Source: a virus. Taken from it: a stretch of DNA of 59,763 bases. Position numbers and translations under genes: made by a program. This document shows, in pieces, positions 10,224 to 19,953 of this stretch. Under the pieces are notes generated by a model, which saw only the letters and a list, made by a program, of their open reading frames with translations, was not told the origin of the DNA and made no database searches. The DNA is taken from positions 74,764 through 134,526 of IMG/VR virus record IMGVR_UViG_3300047496_000204, one strand, 5' to 3'. Every line of letters starts with the position of its first letter. Position 1 is the first letter of the stretch.

Positions 10224-10631
10224 ATGAAAATTTCAGATTTATATGGTAAATTTGTAAAACATGACGGAATAATTTACATTCTTTTATTTTTGGCCATAAT
10301 TTCAGCATTCGCCGCTGGTTTAAATTTCGACAAATTACAAAATTGGACGGTAAAAGCTTATTCTACTTCAATACAAAATAAAAAGGATATTATACAAAAT
10401 CATACTGAAACAACTATAACCAATATTCAAGTTGCTAAAAACACATCTATAATTCAGCAAAACGCAGCACAGACCAATATACAAATAGCTAAAAATGCCA
10501 CCCAAACTCATAAAGATCAAGATGTGACAATCGAAGAACTTCGGAAAACTAAATTAGCTATCTCTAAACTTGAAGGAGAAATGGTTATTTTACAAGCAGA
10601 AGTTTCACGCAAAAAACGACCATTGCTTTAG
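10224..10631 (+). CDS. Membrane-anchored coiled-coil protein (possible lysis accessory)
   Basis: N-terminal TM then coiled coil; late promoter upstream. Confidence 0.6.
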   Translation: MKISDLYGKFVKHDGIIYILLFLAIISAFAAGLNFDKLQNWTVKAYSTSIQNKKDIIQNHTETTITNIQVAKNTSIIQQNAAQTNIQIAKNATQTHKDQDVTIEELRKTKLAISKLEGEMVILQAEVSRKKRPLL

Positions 10632-10655
10632 TTCGTTCTGTGTTGCGATTTTTAT

Positions 10656-10868
10656 ATGGTTATTTTGTCTGACGATAAGGTAAAATACGGAATGATAAAA
10701 AATCCCGATCCTAAAAATGAACCATCTGATGATGAGATATCTGATTTTCTAGCAAAGAATCCAGGACATAGCTGGTATACGGCCAGAGAAAAATTACGAG
10801 AACAAGCCTATGGCGGAAGGCCCCCAGGTGGTTTTCAATCTTGGGGCGATTATTGGAAAGCATACTAA
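10656..10868 (+). CDS. Small hypothetical protein
   Basis: ORF coupled to next gene (TAATG). Confidence 0.55.
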   Translation: MVILSDDKVKYGMIKNPDPKNEPSDDEISDFLAKNPGHSWYTAREKLREQAYGGRPPGGFQSWGDYWKAY

Positions 10869-11176
10869 TGACTGATTTCAAAATTGGTAGCCACAACTGG
10901 TCGGGTATAAGCAAGCTTGTAGAAGAAGCGGGCGAGGTTATGCAAGTCTGTGGAAAGTTGATTGGAACCGGAGGAAAATTAGAGCATTGGGATAATGGTC
11001 CTAACCTCAAAGATAGACTTGAAGATGAATTGGCTGATTTACTTGCCGCAATAGATTTTGTTAGTAAAATTAACCACTTAGACCAAGAAAAGATAAATGA
11101 TAGAGTATTCGCAAAATATCAATTATTTTTAGAATGGCATAAAGCAACAAGAATAAAGGAAGATAAACATGAGTAA
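10868..11176 (+). CDS. MazG-like nucleotide pyrophosphohydrolase
   Basis: KLVEEAGEV ... LEDELADL (EExxE...ExxD). Confidence 0.75.
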   Translation: MTDFKIGSHNWSGISKLVEEAGEVMQVCGKLIGTGGKLEHWDNGPNLKDRLEDELADLLAAIDFVSKINHLDQEKINDRVFAKYQLFLEWHKATRIKEDKHE

Positions 11177-11621
11177 GAGAGACATTATCGAAGGTCTTCT
11201 TAAAAATCACGACGGATTTTTAGGGACTGGTAACATGAAAATGGCATCCCGTCAGATTCCACTTTTGATCCGAGCCCTGTTGGATTACGTGGAAGAAATA
11301 GATGATCGCAAGTCGGCGCCAGCTAAACAGGCGGAAATGGATAATCTTTTGGCTACCATCCGAGAGAAAAATATTACCATTCCACCAGTCTTGGCCGTAG
11401 AAGAGCCAGCGAAGCCTTGCCCCCCTTGTGACGTGACAGAAACTAATCCTGAACCAGAAAAACGTATTGATTTCGAAGCTTTGAAAACGTCAAAGGACGA
11501 AACTTTATATGACTTAGACACGGCTTTAGCTGAAGTTGAAAAAGCGGAAGAAGAACTTATAAAAGAAGATGCTATAATTGAGGCTGAAGGTAAGCCTGGA
11601 AAGACTTCAAAGAAAAAGTGA
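11169..11621 (+). CDS. Hypothetical protein
   Basis: 150-aa ORF with SD. Confidence 0.65.
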   Translation: MSKRDIIEGLLKNHDGFLGTGNMKMASRQIPLLIRALLDYVEEIDDRKSAPAKQAEMDNLLATIREKNITIPPVLAVEEPAKPCPPCDVTETNPEPEKRIDFEALKTSKDETLYDLDTALAEVEKAEEELIKEDAIIEAEGKPGKTSKKK

Positions 11622-11629
11622 GTTAACAA

Positions 11630-11665
11630 TTATCCCCATGAGAAAATTAAGTCTCATGGGGATAA
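11630..11665. terminator. 14-bp perfect hairpin (terminator or processing site)
   Basis: ttatccccatgaga-N8-tctcatggggataa; no clear U tract. Confidence 0.5.
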
Positions 11666-11744
11666 CCGGAGCAACCAATAGCAGGGAGATGCCATTGAAA
11701 ATCGTGACTCAATTGTCTACTTCTATTTATAGGAAAATTTTATT

Positions 11745-12035
11745 ATGACCGTTTTAGTCTATCATTTCTCCAAAACTTACGAAACTGATCAAGATTTGCG
11801 TCGCTTAAAGTTCATTGAATTTGGTGCAGAACTCAGTGATTTTGTGAATTCAACTCGTGTAAATTATTGTTCATGGCATGAAGCGAAGTTAGAAGATTTA
11901 ACCTTCACTGTTACCAAATTCTACGAGATCGGTGACAGAGATGTTGAAATTCAGTTTAGAAAATTATTCCCTCCGGATGAAACACAACCGGGTAAGTGGT
12001 ATGGAGATTGGGATATTGGCGAACCACAAGCTTGA
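11745..12035 (+). CDS. Hypothetical protein
   Basis: AGGA SD, 96 aa. Confidence 0.6.
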   Translation: MTVLVYHFSKTYETDQDLRRLKFIEFGAELSDFVNSTRVNYCSWHEAKLEDLTFTVTKFYEIGDRDVEIQFRKLFPPDETQPGKWYGDWDIGEPQA

Positions 12036-12534
12036 TATTTTCGAGACTTTGAATGCAATAGATAAACACGATCTTGATTTCTACGACAAACTTGAGCCAG
12101 AAATCAAGAAAGGATTTGCTGCTCCTGTTGTATTACGATGGGCAAGTGCTGTCACGGATGGAAGTGCATCTGAACATTATCTAATCTCGGTCAACGACCG
12201 GGCCAATAAAAATTTCTGGGAATTGACTGATCATCCAGAACTTCAATATAAATTACTCGCATCCTGTGGACTGGGGAGACAGAGCCGTCATCAATGGATT
12301 CCCATGGTGGGAAAAGGGAAAAGTGTTGATACGATAAACGAATTTTTAAGCGAGTTTTGGCCTGATGCCAATGATTTTGAACTTAAAATTTTGATAAATC
12401 AATTCACAGATGATACATTCAGAGAATTCGTTTTGTTCTCCGGATGCACTCCAGAAAGAATTCAAGAGATTTTAGACGCATATGATCGTTATATCGGAAA
12501 ATCAATTACAAAATCAAAAAAAAGAAAAACCTAA
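11932..12534 (+). CDS. Conserved phage protein (possible clamp-loader small-subunit-like); true start probably TTG ~12016
   Basis: LDIF..L.AID..D..FY, LRWAS, HPELQYKLL motifs; replication context. Confidence 0.55.
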   Translation: MTEMLKFSLENYSLRMKHNRVSGMEIGILANHKLDIFETLNAIDKHDLDFYDKLEPEIKKGFAAPVVLRWASAVTDGSASEHYLISVNDRANKNFWELTDHPELQYKLLASCGLGRQSRHQWIPMVGKGKSVDTINEFLSEFWPDANDFELKILINQFTDDTFREFVLFSGCTPERIQEILDAYDRYIGKSITKSKKRKT

Positions 12535-13309
12535 ACTTGTTTGTTCAACATGTGATAAAGTATATGTTAATCAAAAAAGTTTTGACAAACATGTATGCCC
12601 GGCGTTTAGTTATACTAAACAAAAATTAGAAGAAGAAAATAAAGAAAATTATTGTTCATACTGTAAGAAAAATTTCAAGAATGCGCGTTCTTTTTATGCT
12701 CATATGTGCGAACAAAAACGTAGATGGAATGATCAAGATACTAAATATGTAAAGCTTGGTTTTTCCATTTTTAAACGTTTTCATGAATTTAAAGGAAGAA
12801 AAGAAAAAACATTTGAGGATTTTATAAAAAGTAGTTTTTATACAACATTTACTCATTTTGGTCGGTATTTACTTAACATGAATGCGATAAGACCAAAAGA
12901 TTTTATTGATTTTCTTATTAAACATCAAGTAAAAATGAATAAATGGGAAAGTCAGACTACATACGAGACATATATACGAGAATTAAATAAGCGAGAGACA
13001 CCAGATGCCGCAATAGAAAGAACGTTGCTGCTTATGGAACAGTGGTCAAATGATACAGGAGAGCCATTAACAGATTTCTTTAGAAAGATAACTCCAGTAT
13101 TAGCCACTCAGTGGATACGATCAGGACGTATAAGTCCTTGGTTATTATTCGCTTCTTCAAGTGGTAGTGATTTACTTCAACGTCTTTCAGAAGAACAACA
13201 ATCATTAGTTTGGCAAAATATTGATCCAGCGTTTTGGGAATTCAAAATATTGAAGGCTGGCAATGATATTGATGTAATACGAGAAACTTTAGATGCAGTA
13301 GGATTATAA
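12482..13309 (+). CDS. C2H2-type zinc-finger protein
   Basis: CSTC..HVC and CSYC..HMC. Confidence 0.75.
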   Translation: MIVISENQLQNQKKEKPKLVCSTCDKVYVNQKSFDKHVCPAFSYTKQKLEEENKENYCSYCKKNFKNARSFYAHMCEQKRRWNDQDTKYVKLGFSIFKRFHEFKGRKEKTFEDFIKSSFYTTFTHFGRYLLNMNAIRPKDFIDFLIKHQVKMNKWESQTTYETYIRELNKRETPDAAIERTLLLMEQWSNDTGEPLTDFFRKITPVLATQWIRSGRISPWLLFASSSGSDLLQRLSEEQQSLVWQNIDPAFWEFKILKAGNDIDVIRETLDAVGL

Positions 13310-13660
13310 ATGACTAACAATGAGATAGGCGAGAAAGAAAAACAAAAATTACGAGCTATGATGTATGACAACACATCCTCTGATGAGCCCGCTACTCACA
13401 CAAAAGGTATCAGTAGTGATGCGTTTAAAATCAGTTATTCTGGTGGAAAATCTACATCTATATCTGCGGATGGAAAACAAGTTGAAATTCCGAATATAGG
13501 ATATGTTAACAGTCTGGAACAAAAAATAATCGCCCAACATAGGGTCATTGTTAAACTACAAAATGTAATAAATGCTCTACGAAGTTCTTTAAACAAACAC
13601 ACGGATGATATTAATAACTTGAAACGAGACTTGAATAACAAAATGAATATGAAAGATTAA
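13310..13660 (+). CDS. Coiled-coil hypothetical protein
   Basis: ORF abutting neighbours. Confidence 0.7.
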   Translation: MTNNEIGEKEKQKLRAMMYDNTSSDEPATHTKGISSDAFKISYSGGKSTSISADGKQVEIPNIGYVNSLEQKIIAQHRVIVKLQNVINALRSSLNKHTDDINNLKRDLNNKMNMKD

Positions 13661-14122
13661 ATGATTACAGTAATTATAAATGATTTGGTTTCAGAACGTC
13701 GAACGGCCATACTATTAGATATCAATGATTTTCAAAAAATTGATTCTCAATGGTACGAGAAGGACAAACTGTTAGTTGATCTTGCGAAAACAAACATAAA
13801 TTTTAAAAATCGAACTCATTGGTTTGAATTAACGCCAATATTGTTTAGATTGTTAATAGAAAAAAATATAGAAAAAGCGGCTAAACTTTCTACTGAAGAG
13901 CAAAATGATAAAAATAATCCTGTTATGGTTAGTTTAGTATTTTTGTTGACAGGATTAGTTAAGTCTTTTGGAATTTTAACAGATAGTACATTGGATTTGA
14001 TACGAATAAATCGCATTTCAAAAAACGAAGTGTTATATGATTATACAGGAAGTATGAGTGATTTTGCATCGCTAAAACGTCCTGAGAAAACGCCACTTAA
14101 AGTAGTAGTTGATAACGCATGA
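13661..14122 (+). CDS. Hypothetical protein
   Basis: ORF with ATGA coupling. Confidence 0.7.
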   Translation: MITVIINDLVSERRTAILLDINDFQKIDSQWYEKDKLLVDLAKTNINFKNRTHWFELTPILFRLLIEKNIEKAAKLSTEEQNDKNNPVMVSLVFLLTGLVKSFGILTDSTLDLIRINRISKNEVLYDYTGSMSDFASLKRPEKTPLKVVVDNA

Positions 14123-14727
14123 AAGTAACAACAGATATTGATATAGATTTTGCGAATCGTGATAAGGCTTTGCAAAATCTAAATTACATATCCGCAAGCA
14201 TGTCTCAAAATGGAAATCATGTTAAACATCCAACTGGTGTATATTTTCAAGATATTCCGGTTGATCCGTTGACTGGATATGCCTCTTTGAATTACAAGGA
14301 TGCTGAAAATTTAGGATATTTCAAGATAGATTTCTTAAATAACTCCATTTATGCTGGTGTTCAAAGTGAAGAACATCTTGAAAAACTTATGGCTGAGCCA
14401 GATTGGGATTTGTTTGAATCAGAACATATTGTTGGAATGCTGGCTCACATTCATTCCAGTTTCGGTATCGTTAAATCCATAGAGCCGCGATGCGTAGAAG
14501 ATTTAGCGGTAATCCTTGCTCTCATGCGGCCCGGTAAAAAACATTTGATGGGTAAATCCAGACAGGAAATTGACGATGAGATTTGGCTTCCGGTAAATGA
14601 TGGATATCAATTTCGACGTTCACATGCGATAGCCTATGCAGTTTCTATAGTTGTTCAATTAAATTTGTTGATTGAGCAAACTGCTCAAAAAATTGATAAT
14701 GTCTCAGAGGAATTTTTCAAAATATGA
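14119..14727 (+). CDS. Minimal DnaE-like (family C polymerase) catalytic-core protein
   Basis: DIDIDF, HPTGV, GYFKIDFL, ALMRPG, YQFRRSHAIAY in 202 aa. Confidence 0.85.
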   Translation: MKVTTDIDIDFANRDKALQNLNYISASMSQNGNHVKHPTGVYFQDIPVDPLTGYASLNYKDAENLGYFKIDFLNNSIYAGVQSEEHLEKLMAEPDWDLFESEHIVGMLAHIHSSFGIVKSIEPRCVEDLAVILALMRPGKKHLMGKSRQEIDDEIWLPVNDGYQFRRSHAIAYAVSIVVQLNLLIEQTAQKIDNVSEEFFKI

Positions 14728-14936
14728 TGTCTAACGAAATAATAGATGAACAATATTGGATAAGATATAATCTATATACTGATGATGGTCGTTTGATGGA
14801 AGAACATACTATCCACGATTTATCATGGCGATTGCTTCGATGTGTTGCGACACATTTAGAGAAAACTATAACGAAAATATATACAAAGATCAGGTATATA
14901 TTCGAAATTATCAGGAAGCTATTCATTTCAAAATGA
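14724..14936 (+). CDS. Small hypothetical protein
   Basis: ATGA-coupled ORF. Confidence 0.45.
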   Translation: MMSNEIIDEQYWIRYNLYTDDGRLMEEHTIHDLSWRLLRCVATHLEKTITKIYTKIRYIFEIIRKLFISK

Positions 14937-15021
14937 GATGGTCATGATCGTTTTGGGTTGACTAATCATTTTTTTGTGGTAATGTTATTTCCATAATTAA
15001 TTTACAGATGGAGCCACTTCT

Positions 15022-15255
15022 ATGAATAAAGTTCAATTTCGATCCCGCACTGTTCGCGACGGTGTTATTAAGCCAGTTTTCTCCAAGACGATTTCGCGAC
15101 CGGGCTATAATGAGGAACAATGGGATAGCCTCCAACATCGTGCGAAGAATCGCTGGCTGGATCGTGCGCGACAAGCTGCTTGCATGCTCTTCAATGACAT
15201 GGCAGTCGTGGAACGGCTTCCTTGCCTCACCAAGAACCTTTTGAGCCGGGTGTAA
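15022..15255 (+). CDS. Hypothetical protein
   Basis: GGAG SD. Confidence 0.6.
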   Translation: MNKVQFRSRTVRDGVIKPVFSKTISRPGYNEEQWDSLQHRAKNRWLDRARQAACMLFNDMAVVERLPCLTKNLLSRV

Positions 15256-15257
15256 TT

Positions 15258-15743
15258 ATGGCCAACGAAGAACTCATTCTGGCTATCGCCAATAAGGTAG
15301 CCCAAGCAGTTAATCTGGCTCTTGCTGGTGTAAACGCGGAAGGCCGTCTTTCTGCTGATGGTGATGCCGCCAAGTATTTGGCTGAAGAAATTATGGCTCT
15401 GCTGCCAGAACCAGTCGAACCAGTCGAACCAGTCGAACCACCAAAGGTAGAAACTCGTGCTGAGCTTTTGAAGCGAGCCAATATGGATTCCTTTGCCGCA
15501 AATACTGGCATAGTTCGGTCAACAGACAACAATTTCAGATTGGGCGTAAAATCCGGAATGCATCCTTACGGGGATTGTGTCAGTATTCAAGTGATGTTCG
15601 AAAAAAACCCCGGTCTTTGGTATTATTCTCATTTTTCTCCTGCCCGCGCACGAGTGATTGCCAATTCGCTAATTGCTCAAGCGGAATATCTTGAGCGCAA
15701 TGATCCTGGCATGCGTTGCGTCGATAAGTTGAAGGAGGATTAG
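15258..15743 (+). CDS. Hypothetical protein with PVE repeats
   Basis: ORF; ccagtcgaa x3. Confidence 0.65.
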   Translation: MANEELILAIANKVAQAVNLALAGVNAEGRLSADGDAAKYLAEEIMALLPEPVEPVEPVEPPKVETRAELLKRANMDSFAANTGIVRSTDNNFRLGVKSGMHPYGDCVSIQVMFEKNPGLWYYSHFSPARARVIANSLIAQAEYLERNDPGMRCVDKLKED

Positions 15744-15744
15744 T

Positions 15745-15936
15745 TTGACCAAAATTATTCTTAACGGTGTCGTAGAATCTGAACCAGACGACGGCGGTTC
15801 AGCACTTGTTGCAGAAATTGGCTCGGACAATGACGCGTTTTTCGTCAGGCTTCAAAGTTGGGATGAAACTAAGAAGCATTCTTTCATGCAGAGTCTTGAA
15901 GGTCGCAAGGTTCGAATCATAATTGAGACAGTTTGA
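15745..15936 (+). CDS. Small hypothetical protein
   Basis: GGAGG SD, TTG start. Confidence 0.65.
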   Translation: MTKIILNGVVESEPDDGGSALVAEIGSDNDAFFVRLQSWDETKKHSFMQSLEGRKVRIIIETV

Positions 15937-15953
15937 CTTGCTAAATAGCGGAA

Positions 15954-16244
15954 ATGATTATATTCCATCCTGGACTTAATGTATATCAGCATTTTGCAAA
16001 CCCTATTCAGGTTAGTGCGCAACATGCTTACAAACCTATAGTATTGTGTAGCAAATACACTGACTTCTTTGATGACTCAGGAAAAATGGAAGTTGAATTT
16101 TATGAGCCAACAATGAATGAATGGTTACTAACGCATATTCGAAAACAAATTTGATATTTTGGGTCTTTGGGGTTTTTCGGTCATGGCACTCTTTATTTTG
16201 CGGCGCCATCCGAAGCTATTCATTTTAAAATGCGATGGCTTTAA
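15954..16244 (+). pseudogene. Small W...F...A..FK(L/M)-family gene interrupted by in-frame TGA at 16152
   Basis: Same frame continues YFGSLGFFGHGTLYFAAPSEAIHFKMRWL, matching the C-terminal motif of paralogs at 19950 and 30973. Confidence 0.65.
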
Positions 16245-16247
16245 TAC

Positions 16248-17531
16248 CTATTCTTTATGTAATATGTTGATATTTTGATCAGTGAATAAAACGTAGTTGT
16301 AATGTTTTTCTAATTTATCACGCGTAGAACCAGTATAATATTTTATTCCGGATATTCCATATTTTAGTAGCAACAATGATGCATGTTTCTTAGCAGTATT
16401 TCGATCCATGCCTTTTTCAGTGAAAATAAAAACTATATCCTCATATATACTCGACCCAGACCGATATTGTAAATCATATCCATACCAAGAATTATATTCA
16501 TCTTTTTCAAATAATTCTGGTTCGGTAGCTCTTAAACTATTTTTTACACTTTCTGACTGTTCATCAAAATCGAAATCCCATAATAGAAAATTGGCATCAT
16601 CTGGAATATTAACTTTGTATAATTTTCCCTTTAAAGGAAGATACTTCATGCCCTTAATAGATAAAAAAGCCGCCGCTGTCATGAGTTTTATTGAATATAA
16701 TTCATCATCATAAACTCCTCCAAGATCGCGGATAATTTTTTTAAACCAACTCGCTGGAGTTTCTAAACTTTTGGGGTCTTCAAATATTGAAACACGAATA
16801 TGTCGTATGATCCATTTTTTATACCATTCCCGAGTTTCTTCTCCACTCGCGAAATCTGTTTTTTCTAATGGCGCATATTTGTCAATAAATTTTCCAATTC
16901 TTTCATTCAATAAAGGATCACCATCAATAAAAACTTGACCATCTATTTCTACTTCTTGTCCTTTATTGGAAGGATCAGTAAGATTTTTGCGATACCAGTC
17001 GGCAATTTTTCTCAAATCGGTGAAATATAATCCCCAACCATACATGAAATTTCCTTCACCAGTTCCTATATGATCGGTTGAGAATTGATCAAAATCGTGC
17101 TTGGTTCCGTGCCAAACATCTTCTTCTATATTTCCACGAGGATTTCGATACATCAACTCACTGATCGTAAAATCTTTGTTCCGACCTTTATTGAGAATAA
17201 ATCCAAATCTTTTATAGAAGCCTATTAGACGGCTCTGGGAGGTCGTTCCCTTATTTGGGTCCTTGGTAGCAGGAGATAGTAGAACGCGCCTGTGGTGGCT
17301 ATCAGCGAACCTACAAAGGGCTTCCATAGCCTTACTACCGGTTCCTTGCTTCTTATTTGTGACTTCGATCATCATTAGTTTTAAATCGCCATTACGTTGA
17401 AGTGAAACGTCGAAGAACTTCAATCCAAGTTTAAGGCGAATATCATCTGACCATTTATCAATTGCTTCTCGTGTCAAAGGGCTCCCAATTTCTGGAAGCC
17501 CTTCGTTTTCAAAAAGATCAATGATTTTCAT
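16248..17531 (-). CDS. Two-module late protein: GNAT acetyltransferase + ART-like (polyvalent-protein type) domain, leader MKIIDLFE
   Basis: KQGTGSKAM..LIGFYKRFGF; WHGT..FDQFSTDHIGTGEG..YGWGLYFT; IEE linker. Confidence 0.75.
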   Translation of the reverse strand: MKIIDLFENEGLPEIGSPLTREAIDKWSDDIRLKLGLKFFDVSLQRNGDLKLMMIEVTNKKQGTGSKAMEALCRFADSHHRRVLLSPATKDPNKGTTSQSRLIGFYKRFGFILNKGRNKDFTISELMYRNPRGNIEEDVWHGTKHDFDQFSTDHIGTGEGNFMYGWGLYFTDLRKIADWYRKNLTDPSNKGQEVEIDGQVFIDGDPLLNERIGKFIDKYAPLEKTDFASGEETREWYKKWIIRHIRVSIFEDPKSLETPASWFKKIIRDLGGVYDDELYSIKLMTAAAFLSIKGMKYLPLKGKLYKVNIPDDANFLLWDFDFDEQSESVKNSLRATEPELFEKDEYNSWYGYDLQYRSGSSIYEDIVFIFTEKGMDRNTAKKHASLLLLKYGISGIKYYTGSTRDKLEKHYNYVLFTDQNINILHKE

Positions 17532-18077
17532 TCAACTATTTAGCGCGTCATGATACTCTTGAAGTTCTTTACGCAGAAGACATTTGCCTTGTGCTCTTTT
17601 TTGGCGATGATCAATCTTCTTCGAAAGGGCAACACCATGCATCCGCTGACGGCGGCATGAACCGTTGCGATAGACTTCATTGTGAATACGAAGCCACTTC
17701 TGATATTCATCATGATCCTTTTCGTCGAAATCTGGATTCGGTATCCAAATATCAACGGTATGATAATCGGAAGGTTCTTCCCATTTTTCATACATTGGTG
17801 CATCATATTTAGTGCCGAAATCACAAGGCTGCCCAAAACGTGCCTGATCTCTTAGAAATTCTTCCTCATCAGCCGGTATATAAACCCATGGCCAATGATA
17901 TTTTTGCTCTAAATATTTTTTGTAGACAAATTGCCTAGACCATTGCCCGCGATTCTGGTCTTTCAGCTTAGGAGTATTTTTAAGGATATTATAGTCAAGG
18001 CGGTTGAATGGTCCGTTTGGATACAATTTAACACCACGAGGGCGATCAAGCGGGAGCTTACGCACAGTTCTGCTCAC
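17532..18077 (-). CDS. Basic hypothetical early protein (MSRTVRK...)
   Basis: AAGGAG SD, GTG start. Confidence 0.7.
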   Translation of the reverse strand: MSRTVRKLPLDRPRGVKLYPNGPFNRLDYNILKNTPKLKDQNRGQWSRQFVYKKYLEQKYHWPWVYIPADEEEFLRDQARFGQPCDFGTKYDAPMYEKWEEPSDYHTVDIWIPNPDFDEKDHDEYQKWLRIHNEVYRNGSCRRQRMHGVALSKKIDHRQKRAQGKCLLRKELQEYHDALNS

Positions 18078-18084
18078 AGGATTA

Positions 18085-18281
18085 TCTCCTTCTATTATGG
18101 ATTCATGGGACAGCCTTTCTAGTTAATTGCACACGCAATAACCGTTATGGAAAACCAAATGTTGTTTGGTTTATCCGTTATAAAGTTGTTGGTTAACTTT
18201 GTAACCAATTCAGAATAAGTTTTATCAACGTAGAACTTAATTCTTAATGTAAGTTATCTCATATATTTTGAGATTGTCAAG
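18085..18281 (-). promoter_or_regulatory. Sigma70-like promoter and structured ~170-nt 5' leader
   Basis: TTGACA at 18279-18274; four successive hairpins before the SD. Confidence 0.5.
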
Positions 18282-18290
18282 TGTAAAATA

Positions 18291-18950
18291 TTACAAGAAA
18301 TCCTTGTAGTTTCCGCTAAGTAAAACAATTTCACAGATATGCGATAATCGTTCTATATGTTCAAATGCTCGCCAAGGAGTGGTCGCAACCGCAACAACGC
18401 CATGACCTTCAAACCCAACAATGTCGTATTCCAAATTACCTTCCGCATCCAGGCCCATACTTTGATGACAGGCTATTCCTAATTCTTCAGTCTTTGGTTC
18501 TATATAACCAACATTTGGTGCGACCCTTGTATATTGAGTTAATTCAGGGAAACATTGAGCCATTTTATCAAGTTTGATACCCGCTCTAATTGCCGCAACA
18601 CAATAGGTTGGATGAAAATGAAGAACGACCCGAGTCTCTACCGGTGGATTACCCAATTCCTGCTGCAAACCCAAATGCAATGGAAGCTCGCCGCTCGGAC
18701 GCAACTGCGAACTGATCGACGTATAGTCCATGGTTGTGCTTCGATATTTGACCCTATCCAGGCTATCAGTATATTTATAGATAGCCAATTTCTTGAATTG
18801 GTCAGGCTGCAAAGTTTGTTTTCTTACACCAGCCGGTGTGATGTAAAAATGGGATTGACCATGTGTTCTCAAGCTGGAGTTACCGTCTCTACTGGTTATC
18901 CAGTTCCGCTTGTAACCTTCAACCATGATATCGCAAATTGTCTCTAACAT
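18291..18950 (-). CDS. Class II aldolase/adducin family protein
   Basis: DGNSS, ITPAG, PSGELPLH, VLHFHP, GHGVVA. Confidence 0.9.
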   Translation of the reverse strand: MLETICDIMVEGYKRNWITSRDGNSSLRTHGQSHFYITPAGVRKQTLQPDQFKKLAIYKYTDSLDRVKYRSTTMDYTSISSQLRPSGELPLHLGLQQELGNPPVETRVVLHFHPTYCVAAIRAGIKLDKMAQCFPELTQYTRVAPNVGYIEPKTEELGIACHQSMGLDAEGNLEYDIVGFEGHGVVAVATTPWRAFEHIERLSHICEIVLLSGNYKDFL

Positions 18951-18958
18951 TTCGTTTC

Positions 18959-19516
18959 CTAAATTTCTCTCAAAAGTTGTTTACCAGTGTAGATAGATGT
19001 CAGCTTTACACCTTCATTCGCAAACAATTCATGACCGCCTTCTTCGCGATCAACGATACAAAGAACTTCATCCACATACGCGCCCGCATCTCTCAAGATA
19101 TTGACGGCATCCATAGAACTTTTACCAGAGGTTACCACATCTTCTAGGACAAGCACGCGTTTGTCTCTCAAACTTCCGGTAAACTCGATTTGACGTTTGG
19201 CTCCATGATCGTTTTTATTTTTTCGAAGATAGAACCCATGTAATTCATGACTACAATAATCCGCCGCTACAGCCAGGGCGACCAATGGAATAGCTGCCGT
19301 TTCCATGCCTGAAACGTATTGATAATTGCCTTGTTGAATTGCAGCCCGAAGGTTAACAGAGATTTGACTTACAAATCTCCAATGCATTAACACTGATTTC
19401 AGATTCAGATAATATTCACTGGTTTTCCCGCTGGCGAGAATGAAAAGATGCCCTTCGAGAGCTTTGGTTACAGTATTTTCTGCTAACCATTTGATGAATG
19501 TTTCGTTATCTTCCAT
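18959..19516 (-). CDS. pyrE: Orotate phosphoribosyltransferase
   Basis: FILASGKTSEYY, RK..KDHG-like loop, VLVLEDVVTSG, IVDREEGG. Confidence 0.9.
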   Translation of the reverse strand: MEDNETFIKWLAENTVTKALEGHLFILASGKTSEYYLNLKSVLMHWRFVSQISVNLRAAIQQGNYQYVSGMETAAIPLVALAVAADYCSHELHGFYLRKNKNDHGAKRQIEFTGSLRDKRVLVLEDVVTSGKSSMDAVNILRDAGAYVDEVLCIVDREEGGHELFANEGVKLTSIYTGKQLLREI

Positions 19517-19953
19517 TAATCACCATAATATTTCAGAGCATCTACTTCAATTTTAAGCTGGCGAATTTCAGCCTTCAATTCATTTATTTCATAAAGATAG
19601 TTGTCAATAGATTCTTGTAGTTTTTCAATCTCAGTTTTATCTGGACCCAAAATTTTCAAAATAAAACCAGCGACATCCTTATAAGGTTTTTTCGACATTC
19701 GCCAATTACGACCATCTTGTTCCGGATCACCGCCGTTATCTTCTGGAAGATCACAAAAATATGGTTGGCCCATATAACCACCATACAATTTGAAGAAAAT
19801 TTCAGTGGCAACCCATTCGATCTGTTCTTCTAATGGAGCCGAACGCAATTCTTTTTTATATTGAATGCCACGTTCTATAGCACGATCTAGTGCAGTTTTA
19901 AGTCTATCCGCATCTTCTTCGAAGATAAGAATTTCAGGATCAGATTTGTTCAT
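19516..19953 (-). CDS. Hypothetical protein
   Basis: Coupled ORF. Confidence 0.65.
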   Translation of the reverse strand: MNKSDPEILIFEEDADRLKTALDRAIERGIQYKKELRSAPLEEQIEWVATEIFFKLYGGYMGQPYFCDLPEDNGGDPEQDGRNWRMSKKPYKDVAGFILKILGPDKTEIEKLQESIDNYLYEINELKAEIRQLKIEVDALKYYGD

